A DNA stretch of 64,000 nt from a virus. This document shows, one piece after another, positions 1 through 9,611 of the stretch (the stretch's first letter is position 1; every line of letters begins with the position of its first letter). Below the pieces are notes generated by a model. The model ran no database searches. It was given only the letters and a program-made list of their open reading frames with translations, and was not told the DNA's origin. The stretch lies in the IMG/VR virus record IMGVR_UViG_3300034061_002899; one strand, given 5' to 3'. The position numbers and the translations under genes are program-made.

Positions 1-2
1 CA

Positions 3-824
3 GTTGTAGTTAGTGAACGTGAATCTACTATAACCGATCTTAAACGTGATGACATTAGTGTTTACAGTGCCGGTTATGTTAATGACTATAAAATCATTTC
101 AGTAGTTAATAATGGTTCTGTTGTTAAAGTAACTGTCAACGTATTAGTTGCCGATAGTAAACTTGTTAATCAACGATTGAATTCAGGTAAAACAACTAAT
201 ACGATTAACGGAGAAAATGCCGCGGTCAGTTATAAAACATTCATTGACCAAAAGATCAAAGCTGACAAACTAATTAAAACAGTATTATCATCTTATCCCA
301 GTAGTGCATACGTTGTAGAACAATCACCTTATCAAATTGGTGTTGATTCGTTTCGCAATGCTGTTTTATCAGTTCATTATAAATTAAAGTGGAATTATGA
401 TTATATTATTGCCTTCAAGGAATTAATGTCATTGGTTGAAGATGGCAAGTATGGAATGTTTGAACGTGCTCCTAGCAATGTCGTTGTTATGGGCAAGAAC
501 CCTAAAGATTTTATAATAGGCGAAAAGAAACACTATAAATTTACTGATGTTCTATTATTAGACAATTTAAAAAATTCAATTACACATGGTCGTGAAGCAA
601 AATTAAAACTATCAATAAGTGATAACAGTCTTAATAACGTAGTGTCACAATGTTTCAATATGAATAACACTTATTTTTCTGTAGGTGAACCTAGAAATCT
701 TGTAATATACGGGAACACTAAAGAAGAAGGGGTATTGCAATTACGCATACCTATAGAGTATAATAGTATCTTACAACGAGCAAGCAATATACAAGTATCG
801 GTTGTCCCTTTCAACCAATGCTAA
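3..824 (+). CDS. Partial (5'-truncated) hypothetical envelope protein, possibly LPP20/FlgT-N-like
   Basis: Frame of ORF 177..824 is open from position 3 (VVVSERESTITDLKRDDISVYSAGYVNDYKIIS...); true start lies before the window. Confidence 0.5.
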   Translation, partial: VVVSERESTITDLKRDDISVYSAGYVNDYKIISVVNNGSVVKVTVNVLVADSKLVNQRLNSGKTTNTINGENAAVSYKTFIDQKIKADKLIKTVLSSYPSSAYVVEQSPYQIGVDSFRNAVLSVHYKLKWNYDYIIAFKELMSLVEDGKYGMFERAPSNVVVMGKNPKDFIIGEKKHYKFTDVLLLDNLKNSITHGREAKLKLSISDNSLNNVVSQCFNMNNTYFSVGEPRNLVIYGNTKEEGVLQLRIPIEYNSILQRASNIQVSVVPFNQC

Positions 825-860
825 AAAATATCAGGCAAAATAAAAACGATAAATTAAAGT

Positions 861-2057
861 ATGACATCTGAATCTAAACTAAACCATTGTTCCTTTTGTG
901 GTAATCACAAAGATAAAGTTACTAAACTTATTGTAAGCGAGGATGTTGCTATCTGTAGCGACTGTATTGAATTATGTAACCAATTGGTTATTGATGAAAT
1001 TGGCCCAACTGAGTCAACCCAAAATACAACCAACGATCCACATGATATTAAACAATACTTAGATGAACATGTAATTGGACAAGATAGTGCTAAAACAGTA
1101 TTAAGTGTGGCCATTGCTAATCATTATAAGCGCATTACACATCCACCCAAAGACTTAGAAATCAGTAAGGGTAACGTATTGATTATTGGACCTACTGGTT
1201 CAGGTAAAACACTATTAGCTAAAACTGTAGCCAAATATTTGAATGTACCATTTGTTGTTGCTGATGCTACCAGTTTAACCGAAGCTGGTTATGTAGGGGA
1301 TGATGTTGAATCAATGATTAGCATGTTGGTCAATGCCGCAGGCGGTGATCCTAAATTGGCAGAACGTGGTATTGTGTTTGTTGATGAGATTGATAAAATC
1401 GCCCGTAAGAGTGAGTCATCGAGTATCACACGTGATGTATCAGGTGAGGGTGTACAACAAGCATTACTTAAACTAGTTGAGGGCACTGTGTGTCGTATTC
1501 CAGCAGCCGGCGGACGTAAACATCCCGGAGGTGAAATGATGGAAGTCAACACAAAGAATATCTTGTTTATTGCAGGAGGTGCGTTTGTTGGATTAAAAGA
1601 TATTATTTCTAATCGTCAAAATGGCACAAGTATTGGCTTTGGCGCAAGCATTAAAGAGAACAAAAAAGAGGGTGATTTGAGTAGTGTAACACCAGATGAT
1701 TTAACTAAGTTTGGTATGATTCCTGAGTTTATTGGACGCTTTACTACGACAGTAAGTATTGGGGAGTTGGGTAAAGATGAACTAAAACTAGTATTAACAT
1801 CTGTCAAAAACAACTATATAAAACAGTACCAATATTTGTTCAGTATCGATGGTATTGAGTTAAACTTTGATGATAGTGCTTTGGATCAGATTGTAGATAA
1901 CTGTTTAAAACTAAAGACTGGGGCACGAGGGTTGCATACTGAAATCGAACGTGTATTAATGCCACATATGTTTAACATTAACAAATACAAAGAAAATAAC
2001 GTAAAAGTGATAAATATTAATCAGGACAGAGTTTTAGAACCAAAAATTAATTTATGA
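861..2057 (+). CDS. clpX: ATP-dependent Clp protease ATP-binding subunit ClpX
   Basis: CSFC..CSDC zinc domain, GPTGSGKT Walker A, GYVG pore loop, [25 protein letters not shown] loop, GARGL. Confidence 0.98.
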   Translation: MTSESKLNHCSFCGNHKDKVTKLIVSEDVAICSDCIELCNQLVIDEIGPTESTQNTTNDPHDIKQYLDEHVIGQDSAKTVLSVAIANHYKRITHPPKDLEISKGNVLIIGPTGSGKTLLAKTVAKYLNVPFVVADATSLTEAGYVGDDVESMISMLVNAAGGDPKLAERGIVFVDEIDKIARKSESSSITRDVSGEGVQQALLKLVEGTVCRIPAAGGRKHPGGEMMEVNTKNILFIAGGAFVGLKDIISNRQNGTSIGFGASIKENKKEGDLSSVTPDDLTKFGMIPEFIGRFTTTVSIGELGKDELKLVLTSVKNNYIKQYQYLFSIDGIELNFDDSALDQIVDNCLKLKTGARGLHTEIERVLMPHMFNINKYKENNVKVININQDRVLEPKINL

Positions 2058-2275
2058 GTATAAAAGGAAGACGAGTACTAGTACAAGATGGAAATTTTGA
2101 AAAAGCATTACGCAAATTCAAAAAGAAGATTTCCGACATGGATGTTCTACAAGAAGTCCGTGACCGTCAAGAATTCGTCAAGCCAACTGTGAAACGTAAA
2201 TTAGCAAAAGGACAAGCTCAACGTAGATGGCAAAAGTATTTGCGTGACCAGAGTCTTCCTAAGAAACTATTCTGA
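2054..2275 (+). CDS. rpsU: 30S ribosomal protein bS21
   Basis: [11 protein letters not shown]...[16 protein letters not shown] signature. Confidence 0.95.
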   Translation: MSIKGRRVLVQDGNFEKALRKFKKKISDMDVLQEVRDRQEFVKPTVKRKLAKGQAQRRWQKYLRDQSLPKKLF

Positions 2276-2321
2276 CCCTAAATAATAGAATTTTTTGCGT
2301 GTTTTTAGTATAATAAATACG

Positions 2322-2383
2322 TATTCAGATGCCGATGGTCGGGTCTGAAATAAGTCATCTTGCTTAATAGGAGAAAAATATGA
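2322..2383 (+). promoter_or_regulatory. ROSE-like RNA thermometer in hsp20 5' UTR
   Basis: 5' hairpin TTCAGA..CCGA-TGG-TCGG..TCTGAA, then TCAT-CTTGCT-TAAT-AGGAG-AAAAAT-ATGA: UUGCU pairs with the SD and UCAU with AUGA. Confidence 0.75.
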
Positions 2384-2817
2384 CAAAAACTTTAACCCTT
2401 CGTTCCCTTGACATTCCGTCAATTCACAAATTTGGTATCGGTTTCGATAACATGTTTGATGAACTAATGCGAATGAACTCTCAACAATCACTTAACTATC
2501 CCCCATACAACATCGTCAAAAATACCGAAGATTCATTCGATATTGAAGTTGCTGTATCCGGCTTTAGTGAAGGTGAAATCGAAGTCAATCTTGATAATCG
2601 GGTGTTGACTATTAAGGGACAGAAGAATGAGGACCTTGTTGCTGAATACTTACATAAGGGTATCAGTACACGTGATTTCGTGCGTGAGTTTACTCTAGCT
2701 GAACACGTTGAGGTTATCCATGCTTCACAAAAAGATGGTATCTTAACTATCAATCTAGAACGTATTGTTCCGGAAGATAAGAAGCCAAAAGCTATTGTAA
2801 TTACTTACACTAAGTAA
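2380..2817 (+). CDS. ibpA: Small heat shock protein (Hsp20/IbpA family)
   Basis: IGFD, NYPPYNIVK, EVAVSGF, YLHKGISTRDFVREFTLAE, DGILTINLER, PKAIVI. Confidence 0.95.
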   Translation: MTKTLTLRSLDIPSIHKFGIGFDNMFDELMRMNSQQSLNYPPYNIVKNTEDSFDIEVAVSGFSEGEIEVNLDNRVLTIKGQKNEDLVAEYLHKGISTRDFVREFTLAEHVEVIHASQKDGILTINLERIVPEDKKPKAIVITYTK

Positions 2818-2831
2818 TATAATAGAAGTTC

Positions 2832-2862
2832 TATAAATAAGTGTGCGGGGCAACTCGCACAC
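2832..2862 (+). promoter_or_regulatory. T4-type late promoter TATAAATA followed by 5' hairpin GTGTGCG/CGCACAC upstream of clpS
   Basis: tataaata at 2832-2839; 7-bp stem 2841-2862. Confidence 0.55.
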
Positions 2863-2879
2863 GCAACCAAAAGAAAATT

Positions 2880-3185
2880 ATGTCCAAAACTGATACTAAA
2901 ATTAAAATTAAACCTAATCTTGCTTTACGTGAGCCTCCATTGTATAAAATCATTTATTTTAATGATGAGGTTACCAGCATGGAATTTGTTGTAGGAAGTT
3001 TGATTGATTATTTTAGCTATAATCAGGATACTGCTACCTCTATCACACAAAACATTCACGATCAAGGTAGTGCTGTAGTTGCTGTATTGCCCTATGAAAT
3101 TGCCGAACAAAAAGGCATTGAAGTTACATTAGAAGCTAGAAGTCAGGGATACCCGCTTCAAGTTAAGATTGAAGCTGAAGTTTAA
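2880..3185 (+). CDS. clpS: ATP-dependent Clp protease adaptor ClpS
   Basis: PPLYKIIYFNDEVTSMEFVV...IHDQGSAVVAVLPYEIAEQK...GYPL; ATG 2880 preferred over GTG 2841. Confidence 0.93.
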   Translation: MSKTDTKIKIKPNLALREPPLYKIIYFNDEVTSMEFVVGSLIDYFSYNQDTATSITQNIHDQGSAVVAVLPYEIAEQKGIEVTLEARSQGYPLQVKIEAEV

Positions 3186-3886
3186 ATAGTTACTTCAATT
3201 CGTTTAGCCCAATAAGGGTTACGATTGTAATATGAATTGTTAATGTAGTTGATGCCACGAATGGTTGTGTCAACTACTTTTCCATATGTTCCATAAATCC
3301 AATGTGATACTTTGCTTTCTGTATCAAAAGATAGAATCATACCTAGATTCAATTGATCTTGAATTGATTTTGGTGCTTCTCTAAAATATAGTTCTTCACT
3401 AGGAACTGAATTAGATACCAATATAATTTTCTTAACGTCTAAATGTTTTTGTAGGCGTTCAAGTGTATTTTTAAGATATAGTATATCTTCATTTCTATGT
3501 TGTTCTACAAGTGCTTCTGTGACTGGATCTGATGGTATTGTATTACCATACCATCCATTTGCACCTGCAATTGCTATACCATCAACAATTACAACATGAT
3601 GGTGCATAACAGCAATATTTTTTACTGTTTGACAGATTTTGTGAATTTCGTTAGTTCGTGCGTCTATGTCGCCGGTATAGTTATATTCCGTCGAACCTAA
3701 GGTATAGAATATACCTTGATAAAATCTAGAGAGATGCAATAGGGTTTGTCTAATCGTGCGTAAATCACTACTAATATTACCTGCAATTATGAGGTATAAA
3801 CTAGTTGCTTTGCCTTCCCAATTAAAACTACTTTCAGGTGACAAATTTAAGTCACTGATTATGTCAAACCCTATTGTTGTCATCAA
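3182..3886 (-). CDS. Calcineurin-like metallophosphoesterase fold, degenerate catalytic residues
   Basis: ISDLNL, AGNI, LGSTEY, SNSVP, WIYGTY, INNSY align with DLH/GD/GNHE/HHxP/GHxH/NPxG motifs. Confidence 0.7.
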   Translation of the reverse strand: MMTTIGFDIISDLNLSPESSFNWEGKATSLYLIIAGNISSDLRTIRQTLLHLSRFYQGIFYTLGSTEYNYTGDIDARTNEIHKICQTVKNIAVMHHHVVIVDGIAIAGANGWYGNTIPSDPVTEALVEQHRNEDILYLKNTLERLQKHLDVKKIILVSNSVPSEELYFREAPKSIQDQLNLGMILSFDTESKVSHWIYGTYGKVVDTTIRGINYINNSYYNRNPYWAKRIEVTI

Positions 3887-4168
3887 TTATTTTGCAACGC
3901 TAATTTTTGGCTTTGCTGTACGAGCCGCAGGCTTTGCCTTAGCAGGTGCTTTAGCTTTTGCTGGGGCCTTTGGCTTAGCAGGTGCTTTAGCTGGGGCTTT
4001 AGCTTTTACAGGTGCCTTTTCAGCAACAGGAGCAGATGCTTCTACAACCAATGGAATCGGTGTAGTTGCGGCTGGTTCCGGTACTTTGTACGGGGCAGAT
4101 GGGTTAGCAGGTGCTGCCTCTACTGGTTTAGCTGAAAAGCCAAATAAACGCTTGATAAAGTCTATCAT
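3887..4168 (-). CDS. Ala/Lys/Pro-rich low-complexity protein
   Basis: MIDFIKRLFG amphipathic start; KAPAKA repeats; AGGAGA RBS. Confidence 0.75.
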   Translation of the reverse strand: MIDFIKRLFGFSAKPVEAAPANPSAPYKVPEPAATTPIPLVVEASAPVAEKAPVKAKAPAKAPAKPKAPAKAKAPAKAKPAARTAKPKISVAK

Positions 4169-4264
4169 TTCTATCTCCTAAACATATATTTACTCGGGTT
4201 TAAACCATAAAGTTTTTTTCCTTAAGTATATGAAGTTTCCAAAATAAAACAGTATCATAAATAC

Positions 4265-4759
4265 ATGATGTTCAGAAAAGCCAATCTCGCCGAACTTATG
4301 CGTGAGGAGTTGCCTCCCATAGCATACCAAAAACGTCTTTGTTACAGGACCGACCGTGACGAAGTTATAGCACTATATCGTCTAATTAATAAGACAATAT
4401 TCAACAACAAATTAAAGATGCCAGAAATTGAAGTCATGGCCCGTTGTAGAAAATATTGGGGAATGTGCTATGGGTCATACGATGAACCAACTAAAAATCG
4501 TAGTTCCTGCAAGATTAGATTGATGGATAAATGGTACTGCCGTCAGTGGCTAATTACTACACTAGCACACGAAATGTGCCATCAATATCAATGGGATGTG
4601 CAGGGTATTGAGCGTAGGAAAATGGGGAAAGACCCTATTATGAGTCATGGTCCTAGCTTCTTTGTATTCAGAGATAAACTTAAAAAGCATGGAATTTCAT
4701 TAAAAAGCGCACACGGACGCAAACGCTGGTTCAAACATCAAAACTTCTTTAAATGCTAA
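4265..4759 (+). CDS. SprT-like zinc metalloprotease
   Basis: TLAHEMCHQYQ (HExxH) and HGPSF motif. Confidence 0.85.
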   Translation: MMFRKANLAELMREELPPIAYQKRLCYRTDRDEVIALYRLINKTIFNNKLKMPEIEVMARCRKYWGMCYGSYDEPTKNRSSCKIRLMDKWYCRQWLITTLAHEMCHQYQWDVQGIERRKMGKDPIMSHGPSFFVFRDKLKKHGISLKSAHGRKRWFKHQNFFKC

Positions 4760-4789
4760 CCGTGATAAATACTCTATAGGTATATTATT

Positions 4790-6139
4790 ATGAGAGCAAA
4801 AGAATTTTTATCAGAGTCTAAAGGTATCATGGGCCGTATTCCCGGAGACAAATTCACCAATGGGGATAATATTTTAGAATTTCAAAATGTTACAGTATTT
4901 CCAGAAGAAACTATACAGTATGAAACACCGGAAGAGCGTGACGCCGTAATTGCATCTATAGAAAAAAAGTTAAAGACTAAAATACAATGGTCTAATAGTC
5001 CCAATAAAGGATCATTAGCATTTGGTATAGCAACCCTCACTGACCCACTAAACAATGATGCTCCAGTATACTGGGGTAGATACTTTAAACAAAAAATGGT
5101 AGATATGATGGGTGCTTGGAAAAATAGTGAAGTTCCCGCAGGATGGAAGCTACAGAAATCAGGATCTTTAAAATTAGATATAGCTATTGATCCACAGCAT
5201 CTTATTGCAACTGATGGAAAATTTAAAACAGTAGAACAAGTTATTAGAACAGTAGATAAAAACAGTCAAGGCAATCCGTTACATGATTCATTAGTAAATG
5301 GATTAAAACAAATCAAAGCAAGACAAAATCCTGTATTCGTCAATCAAATAAAAAATTTACCAGCACTTAGAGATTACTTCGGTGAGATCATGGGCCCGTG
5401 CGCCCTAATGTCAGGAATGATTGGTGGTCAAGCAGAAGATGCTAACAAACAATTATTAGAAGGTTCAGGTTGGGCTTCATGTCAAGTATTTTGGCCACAG
5501 GCCATGAACACAAACCTTGTTGACAGTGTATTCATAGGACCAAAAGGCCAAGAAATAGGTATTAGTAGCAAAGGTGGTAAGGGTGCTAGAGCAAGCGCAA
5601 AGAACATTGCAGACGCTATTAACAAAGCACCAGATGAACTAAAGGCTGAATATCCCTTTACTGTTGAAATATTAAACATAGTTCAAAATAGTACGGCATT
5701 AGATGCACCTTTTAGATTAGCAGAATTACTACAAATGTTACCTGCAAATCTTGAAAGAGAAATACTAAGTTATATTAAGTCAGGAAAAACTGATTACAAT
5801 GGACTAAGCAAAGATGCAAAAGAACTTTTTGATTATGGTACTCCTAGGCAAGATGTTCCCGGTTTCAACACAGGATATGCCTTGTTAGCATTGCTAGCTA
5901 AAAAAATGTCAAGTATTGTGAATGAAAATCCAACCTTTAGTGAAGGTGCAATAACATTCTTAAACCAATCAAGTATTGTTCAATTATATTGTAAGATGGG
6001 TAAGAGTGGAAATGATGCCCGTGTTACAGGTTGGGACGCCGTTTATCCACCAAACTTCCAAGGCCGTGTTGTATTAGATGGAAGTAAAAACTATTATAGT
6101 TCACGCATTGGCGGCAAATTCGCATTCGGGTTTGTTTGA
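4790..6139 (+). CDS. Hypothetical protein with PD-(D/E)xK-like motif; possible head-packaged protein
   Basis: LVDSVF...IGISSKGG; N-terminal MRAKEFLSE; GATAAATA late promoter upstream. Confidence 0.5.
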   Translation: MRAKEFLSESKGIMGRIPGDKFTNGDNILEFQNVTVFPEETIQYETPEERDAVIASIEKKLKTKIQWSNSPNKGSLAFGIATLTDPLNNDAPVYWGRYFKQKMVDMMGAWKNSEVPAGWKLQKSGSLKLDIAIDPQHLIATDGKFKTVEQVIRTVDKNSQGNPLHDSLVNGLKQIKARQNPVFVNQIKNLPALRDYFGEIMGPCALMSGMIGGQAEDANKQLLEGSGWASCQVFWPQAMNTNLVDSVFIGPKGQEIGISSKGGKGARASAKNIADAINKAPDELKAEYPFTVEILNIVQNSTALDAPFRLAELLQMLPANLEREILSYIKSGKTDYNGLSKDAKELFDYGTPRQDVPGFNTGYALLALLAKKMSSIVNENPTFSEGAITFLNQSSIVQLYCKMGKSGNDARVTGWDAVYPPNFQGRVVLDGSKNYYSSRIGGKFAFGFV

Positions 6140-6150
6140 TCCTTTTCTAC

Positions 6151-6179
6151 TTGCAAATATATTCTTTTTATTATATAAT
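6151..6179 (+). promoter_or_regulatory. sigma70-type promoter of clpP
   Basis: TTGCAA-17-TATAAT. Confidence 0.6.
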
Positions 6180-6202
6180 ACAATATAATTTAAGGAGAAT
6201 TT

Positions 6203-6790
6203 ATGAGTCTAGTCCCAATGGTCCTCGAACAAACAGCAAAAGGTGAGCGTAGCTATGATATCTATAGCCGCTTACTACGTGACCGTGTTATTTTGCTTGA
6301 AGGTGAAGTACATGACCAAATGGCAAATCTTATCGTTGCCCAATTGCTTTACTTAGAAAGTGAAAGCGATAAAGATATTTCAATGTACATTAATAGTCCA
6401 GGTGGTAGTGTTACTGCTGGTATGGCAATCTATGATGCAATGCAATTCATCAAACCCGATGTACAAACTATTGTAATGGGTCAAGCATGTTCAATGGGTT
6501 CATTACTTGCACAAGCAGGCAGTGCAGGTAAACGATTTATGTTGCCAAACGCACGACACATGATTCATCAACCAAGTGGTGGCGCACGTGGTATGCAAAG
6601 TGACATTGAAATTAGTTACAAAGAAATCACTTATTTGAAAAAACGTCTTACAGAAATCTATGTTAAGCATAATTCAGCCGGCAAAACATATCAAGATTTT
6701 GAACGTGATATGGATCGTGACAAATTTATGAGTGCGGAAGAAGCATTGGCATATGGTTTGATTGACAAAATTGTTGAAAAACGAGAATAA
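6203..6790 (+). CDS. clpP: ATP-dependent Clp protease proteolytic subunit ClpP
   Basis: [26 protein letters not shown] (Ser), MIHQP (His), DRDKFM (Asp). Confidence 0.98.
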   Translation: MSLVPMVLEQTAKGERSYDIYSRLLRDRVILLEGEVHDQMANLIVAQLLYLESESDKDISMYINSPGGSVTAGMAIYDAMQFIKPDVQTIVMGQACSMGSLLAQAGSAGKRFMLPNARHMIHQPSGGARGMQSDIEISYKEITYLKKRLTEIYVKHNSAGKTYQDFERDMDRDKFMSAEEALAYGLIDKIVEKRE

Positions 6791-6805
6791 AAAGTATTAC
6801 TTTTT

Positions 6806-6827
6806 GCCCCGGAAACGGGGCTTTTTT
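6806..6827 (+). terminator. Rho-independent terminator after clpP
   Basis: GCCCCG-GAAA-CGGGGC-TTTTTT. Confidence 0.9.
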
Positions 6828-6842
6828 ATGACTATCCAAAAT

Positions 6843-6871
6843 TTGACAATAAATGGATTTGGGTTTACAAT
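6843..6871 (+). promoter_or_regulatory. Early sigma70 promoter (repeat family)
   Basis: TTGACA-ATAAATGGATTTGGGTT-TACAAT. Confidence 0.9.
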
Positions 6872-6901
6872 ACATGTATTGATTAACTAAAGGAGCTAGT
6901 A

Positions 6902-7189
6902 ATGTTTCAAGAATCTATTGTTCGTGGTGTTGAGCGTGATATGCAACAAAAACGTGAAATCCGCATGTATGGTTGCACAGAAGCCCAAATGCGTGAGGCT
7001 GTAGAACAAAGTATTACTTTTCGTTTTTCAGGTCCTGCAATGATGGCCGCTAGTCTTATGTCTGACGCCCAAGAAATGATCAACACCGAATATGGTGAGA
7101 TTGATTTTATGCGAGCCGAGGACGCCCGTCAATGTCTGAATCGTGCTAAGTGGATTTTGTTTGAATATTGCGACACAGCCCGCGGTTGA
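6902..7189 (+). CDS. Hypothetical early protein
   Basis: AAGGAG RBS; promoter upstream. Confidence 0.8.
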   Translation: MFQESIVRGVERDMQQKREIRMYGCTEAQMREAVEQSITFRFSGPAMMAASLMSDAQEMINTEYGEIDFMRAEDARQCLNRAKWILFEYCDTARG

Positions 7190-7214
7190 CAATAAATGGA
7201 TTTGGGTATATAAT
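7186..7214 (+). promoter_or_regulatory. Early sigma70 promoter (repeat family)
   Basis: TTGACA-ATAAATGGATTTGGGTA-TATAAT; the TGA inside the -35 is the stop of the upstream gene. Confidence 0.9.
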
Positions 7215-7242
7215 AGAGTCTTATTCAGTTGAAAGGGATTGT

Positions 7243-7503
7243 ATGAAAGTAGAAACAGCACTTAAAGTTATCCAAAAAGAATCACAATTTTTGGGTATGG
7301 GCGTGATGGAAACATTGCAATTTATTGCACAGAATCCATTAGCACAGCCCATGAAAACACTAGAAGCATTCAAGGTTCTTAATCCGACTTTTCAGTTCCC
7401 TAAGAAAAAGGTCAAAAATCTGATGTCCGGTAAGGAAATCGAAATTGATGCTGATACCCCACACTGTTGTAATCCTGCAACAGAGACTTATTGGTCAATG
7501 TAA
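7243..7503 (+). CDS. Hypothetical early protein
   Basis: Start revised to ATG 7243 downstream of the promoter; C-terminal NLMSGKEIEIDADTPHCCNPATETYWSM. Confidence 0.8.
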   Translation: MKVETALKVIQKESQFLGMGVMETLQFIAQNPLAQPMKTLEAFKVLNPTFQFPKKKVKNLMSGKEIEIDADTPHCCNPATETYWSM

Positions 7504-7507
7504 AAAT

Positions 7508-7536
7508 TTGACAATAAATGGATTTGGGTATATAAT
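7508..7536 (+). promoter_or_regulatory. Early sigma70 promoter (repeat family)
   Basis: TTGACA-17-TATAAT, identical to the 7186 copy. Confidence 0.9.
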
Positions 7537-7568
7537 AGAATCTTAGACAGTAAAGAAAAGGACACGAA

Positions 7569-7790
7569 ATGACTACAGTATCATACGGAATGTTTAGCGA
7601 AGAAGGCAACAAACAAATTGCCGATATCATTGAATTCCACAAAAATCGTAAAAGCACTTGGCCCGTAGTATTGCAAAATTTGCGTGATGTGGCTGATAGT
7701 GACTATGAATTGTTCGGTGAAGCAATGGATACCGAAGTCCGTGAATGTGTCTATACCGCTTTGAATTTTGATACTGAATTCTATATCTAA
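7569..7790 (+). CDS. Hypothetical early protein
   Basis: AAGGA RBS, ORF. Confidence 0.8.
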   Translation: MTTVSYGMFSEEGNKQIADIIEFHKNRKSTWPVVLQNLRDVADSDYELFGEAMDTEVRECVYTALNFDTEFYI

Positions 7791-7803
7791 AAGGTAATAC
7801 TAA

Positions 7804-8025
7804 ATGACTAAATTTGAAAACCTCCAAGAATTGTTGTCTTTGCTCAACGAGGCTCAGGACCTCATTGAGGAAATATTTGGTGATGCAGACGAGGCTTTTG
7901 ACATGTCCATCAATCTTAGCAATGTCATCTCCGATGTGGAAAATGAGATAGATTTTGAGGACTTTAAACTTGACCAAAATTTGACAATAAATGGTGTTTC
8001 TGTTACAATAGAATCTAGACAGTAA
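7804..8025 (+). CDS. Hypothetical acidic protein
   Basis: AAGGT RBS; highly Asp/Glu-rich. Confidence 0.7.
   Translation: MTKFENLQELLSLLNEAQDLIEEIFGDADEAFDMSINLSNVISDVENEIDFEDFKLDQNLTINGVSVTIESRQ
7981..8009 (+). promoter_or_regulatory. Early sigma70 promoter (repeat family)
   Basis: TTGACA-ATAAATGGTGTTTCTGT-TACAAT. Confidence 0.85.
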
Positions 8026-8040
8026 AGAAAAGGACTCAAA

Positions 8041-8313
8041 ATGCGTACAAAAACTATCATTGACGGCTTCAAAAATTCACAAAAATTCCGTGTAATTTTC
8101 AAGGGTGACGGATCCGAAAACGATATCGGTATGTATATGACAATCCAGCAAATGACGGAAATGTTTGCTACAGTTAATGCCCGCGTTACATGCTGGGATT
8201 CGTTAATTAAATTGTCGTATTTGCGTTATGAAGCCAAGCGCACAAATCAACCATTACCGACAGGTCTAGGTCACACACTACGAGGCAAACAAGTCCAAGT
8301 TGACTTGGTGTAA
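8041..8313 (+). CDS. Hypothetical early protein
   Basis: AAGGA RBS, ORF. Confidence 0.8.
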   Translation: MRTKTIIDGFKNSQKFRVIFKGDGSENDIGMYMTIQQMTEMFATVNARVTCWDSLIKLSYLRYEAKRTNQPLPTGLGHTLRGKQVQVDLV

Positions 8314-8315
8314 TT

Positions 8316-8744
8316 ATGGCAGCATCATCTTTATTGGAAGCATCTACATTGAAGCCGAATGCGCTTTGGCTCAGGAATAGATCAGATCCGATATCAGCAC
8401 TTAAAACCTGTTATAATAAAATCAAAAGTTGTTGCAACTTAAATGTGCGCCGTAAGGAAAGAGGTATTACTCTAGAGGTAACATTTGAACAATGTTTGGA
8501 ATTGTATTATAAACAAGAAGGTAAATGTGCTATATCCGGAAGAGTCTTAGTTGGTAATGCCGGTCATGTAGACAAGATTTCAATTGATAGGGTTGATTCA
8601 ACCTTGTCATACAATATTGGCAACATCCAGCTTGTAACGGTTCAAGTAAACCGTGGCAAAATGGACTTTCAAGAGGAAGATTTTATTGCAATGTGTGCGG
8701 CAGTTACCGAATTTCAGAAGAAATTAAAAGGTGCCAAAGGTTGA
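8316..8744 (+). CDS. HNH-like (beta-beta-alpha-Me) endonuclease
   Basis: QEGKCAISG...SIDRVDS...YNIGNIQLV...VNRGK. Confidence 0.7.
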   Translation: MAASSLLEASTLKPNALWLRNRSDPISALKTCYNKIKSCCNLNVRRKERGITLEVTFEQCLELYYKQEGKCAISGRVLVGNAGHVDKISIDRVDSTLSYNIGNIQLVTVQVNRGKMDFQEEDFIAMCAAVTEFQKKLKGAKG

Positions 8745-8769
8745 CAATAAATGGTTTTGGGTATATAAT
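8741..8769 (+). promoter_or_regulatory. Early sigma70 promoter (repeat family)
   Basis: TTGACA-ATAAATGGTTTTGGGTA-TATAAT; overlaps upstream stop. Confidence 0.9.
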
Positions 8770-8803
8770 AGAATCTTAAACAGTTAAATAAAGGACTTAC
8801 AAA

Positions 8804-9277
8804 ATGGCAACACGTTCAACAATCGCTCTCGAATTTGCAGATGGTACTATTGGTCAAGTGTACTGTCACTGGGATGGTTACTTGGCTCACAACGGTAAAA
8901 TCTTGTTTGAGAATTATTCTAATCCCTTTATCTTGCGTGATTTGATTGACCTCGGTGGATTGTCAAGTCTGCGCCCGACAATCGGTACAAAGCACCCCTT
9001 CAGTCACTATGATGTTGCAAACATGACATTGCAAGAATATGGTAACTTGTATCGTGACATGTGTACATTCTATGGTCGTGATCGTGGCGAAGGTCAGTCT
9101 GATGCAACATACTTCAAGGATTATGAACACTTTTTGGTTGATGGTCAAGCAGAAGAATACGATTACATTTTGCGGAATGTAGACGGTGTTGCTACTTGGT
9201 TTGTATCCGATCATGGTGGAGACTTTATGTTGTTGACAGAGGCTTTTGCTAAAGAAGCTGAAACAGAGGTAGCTTAA
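8804..9277 (+). CDS. Conserved phage hypothetical protein
   Basis: MATRSTI...VYCHWDGY...YGRDRGE...EYDY. Confidence 0.8.
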   Translation: MATRSTIALEFADGTIGQVYCHWDGYLAHNGKILFENYSNPFILRDLIDLGGLSSLRPTIGTKHPFSHYDVANMTLQEYGNLYRDMCTFYGRDRGEGQSDATYFKDYEHFLVDGQAEEYDYILRNVDGVATWFVSDHGGDFMLLTEAFAKEAETEVA

Positions 9278-9278
9278 T

Positions 9279-9611
9279 ATGGAAGCAGTAGTAGAAACAA
9301 CAGTTTGGAATGATAGCAACCTTGCTAATCATACATACTTACTTGATGGCACTAAAATGGTTGCGTATATCAAGGTTGGTTCTACTACTCCATTCTATTT
9401 CAAAAACCCAATCACAATCGACAAGCGTGGTCGTAAGTTTACTCCAGTAAAGCCTAATCCATTCAAGTCAGTTAAAGAAAAAAGTACAATCATTAAAGTG
9501 TCCGGCAGTAAGGGTAATATCTATTCTATTGATACAGAAGAAAAGACTTGCACATGCCCGGGCTTTATGTATCGTGGTACTTGTAAACATATAACTGAGT
9601 TAGTAACATGA
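9279..9611 (+). CDS. SWIM zinc-finger protein
   Basis: GSKGNIY...CTCPGFMYRGTCKH. Confidence 0.85.
   Translation: MEAVVETTVWNDSNLANHTYLLDGTKMVAYIKVGSTTPFYFKNPITIDKRGRKFTPVKPNPFKSVKEKSTIIKVSGSKGNIYSIDTEEKTCTCPGFMYRGTCKHITELVT

Noticed and set aside
861-6790. Bacterial chromosome origin of the contig
   Set aside because: Housekeeping homologues lack bacterial operon context and are interspersed with phage hypotheticals, tail fibres and late promoters
6843-8800. CRISPR-like array of TTGACAATAAATGG repeats
   Set aside because: Spacing is 300-800 bp, intervals are ORFs with RBSs, and the repeats are -35/-10 promoters
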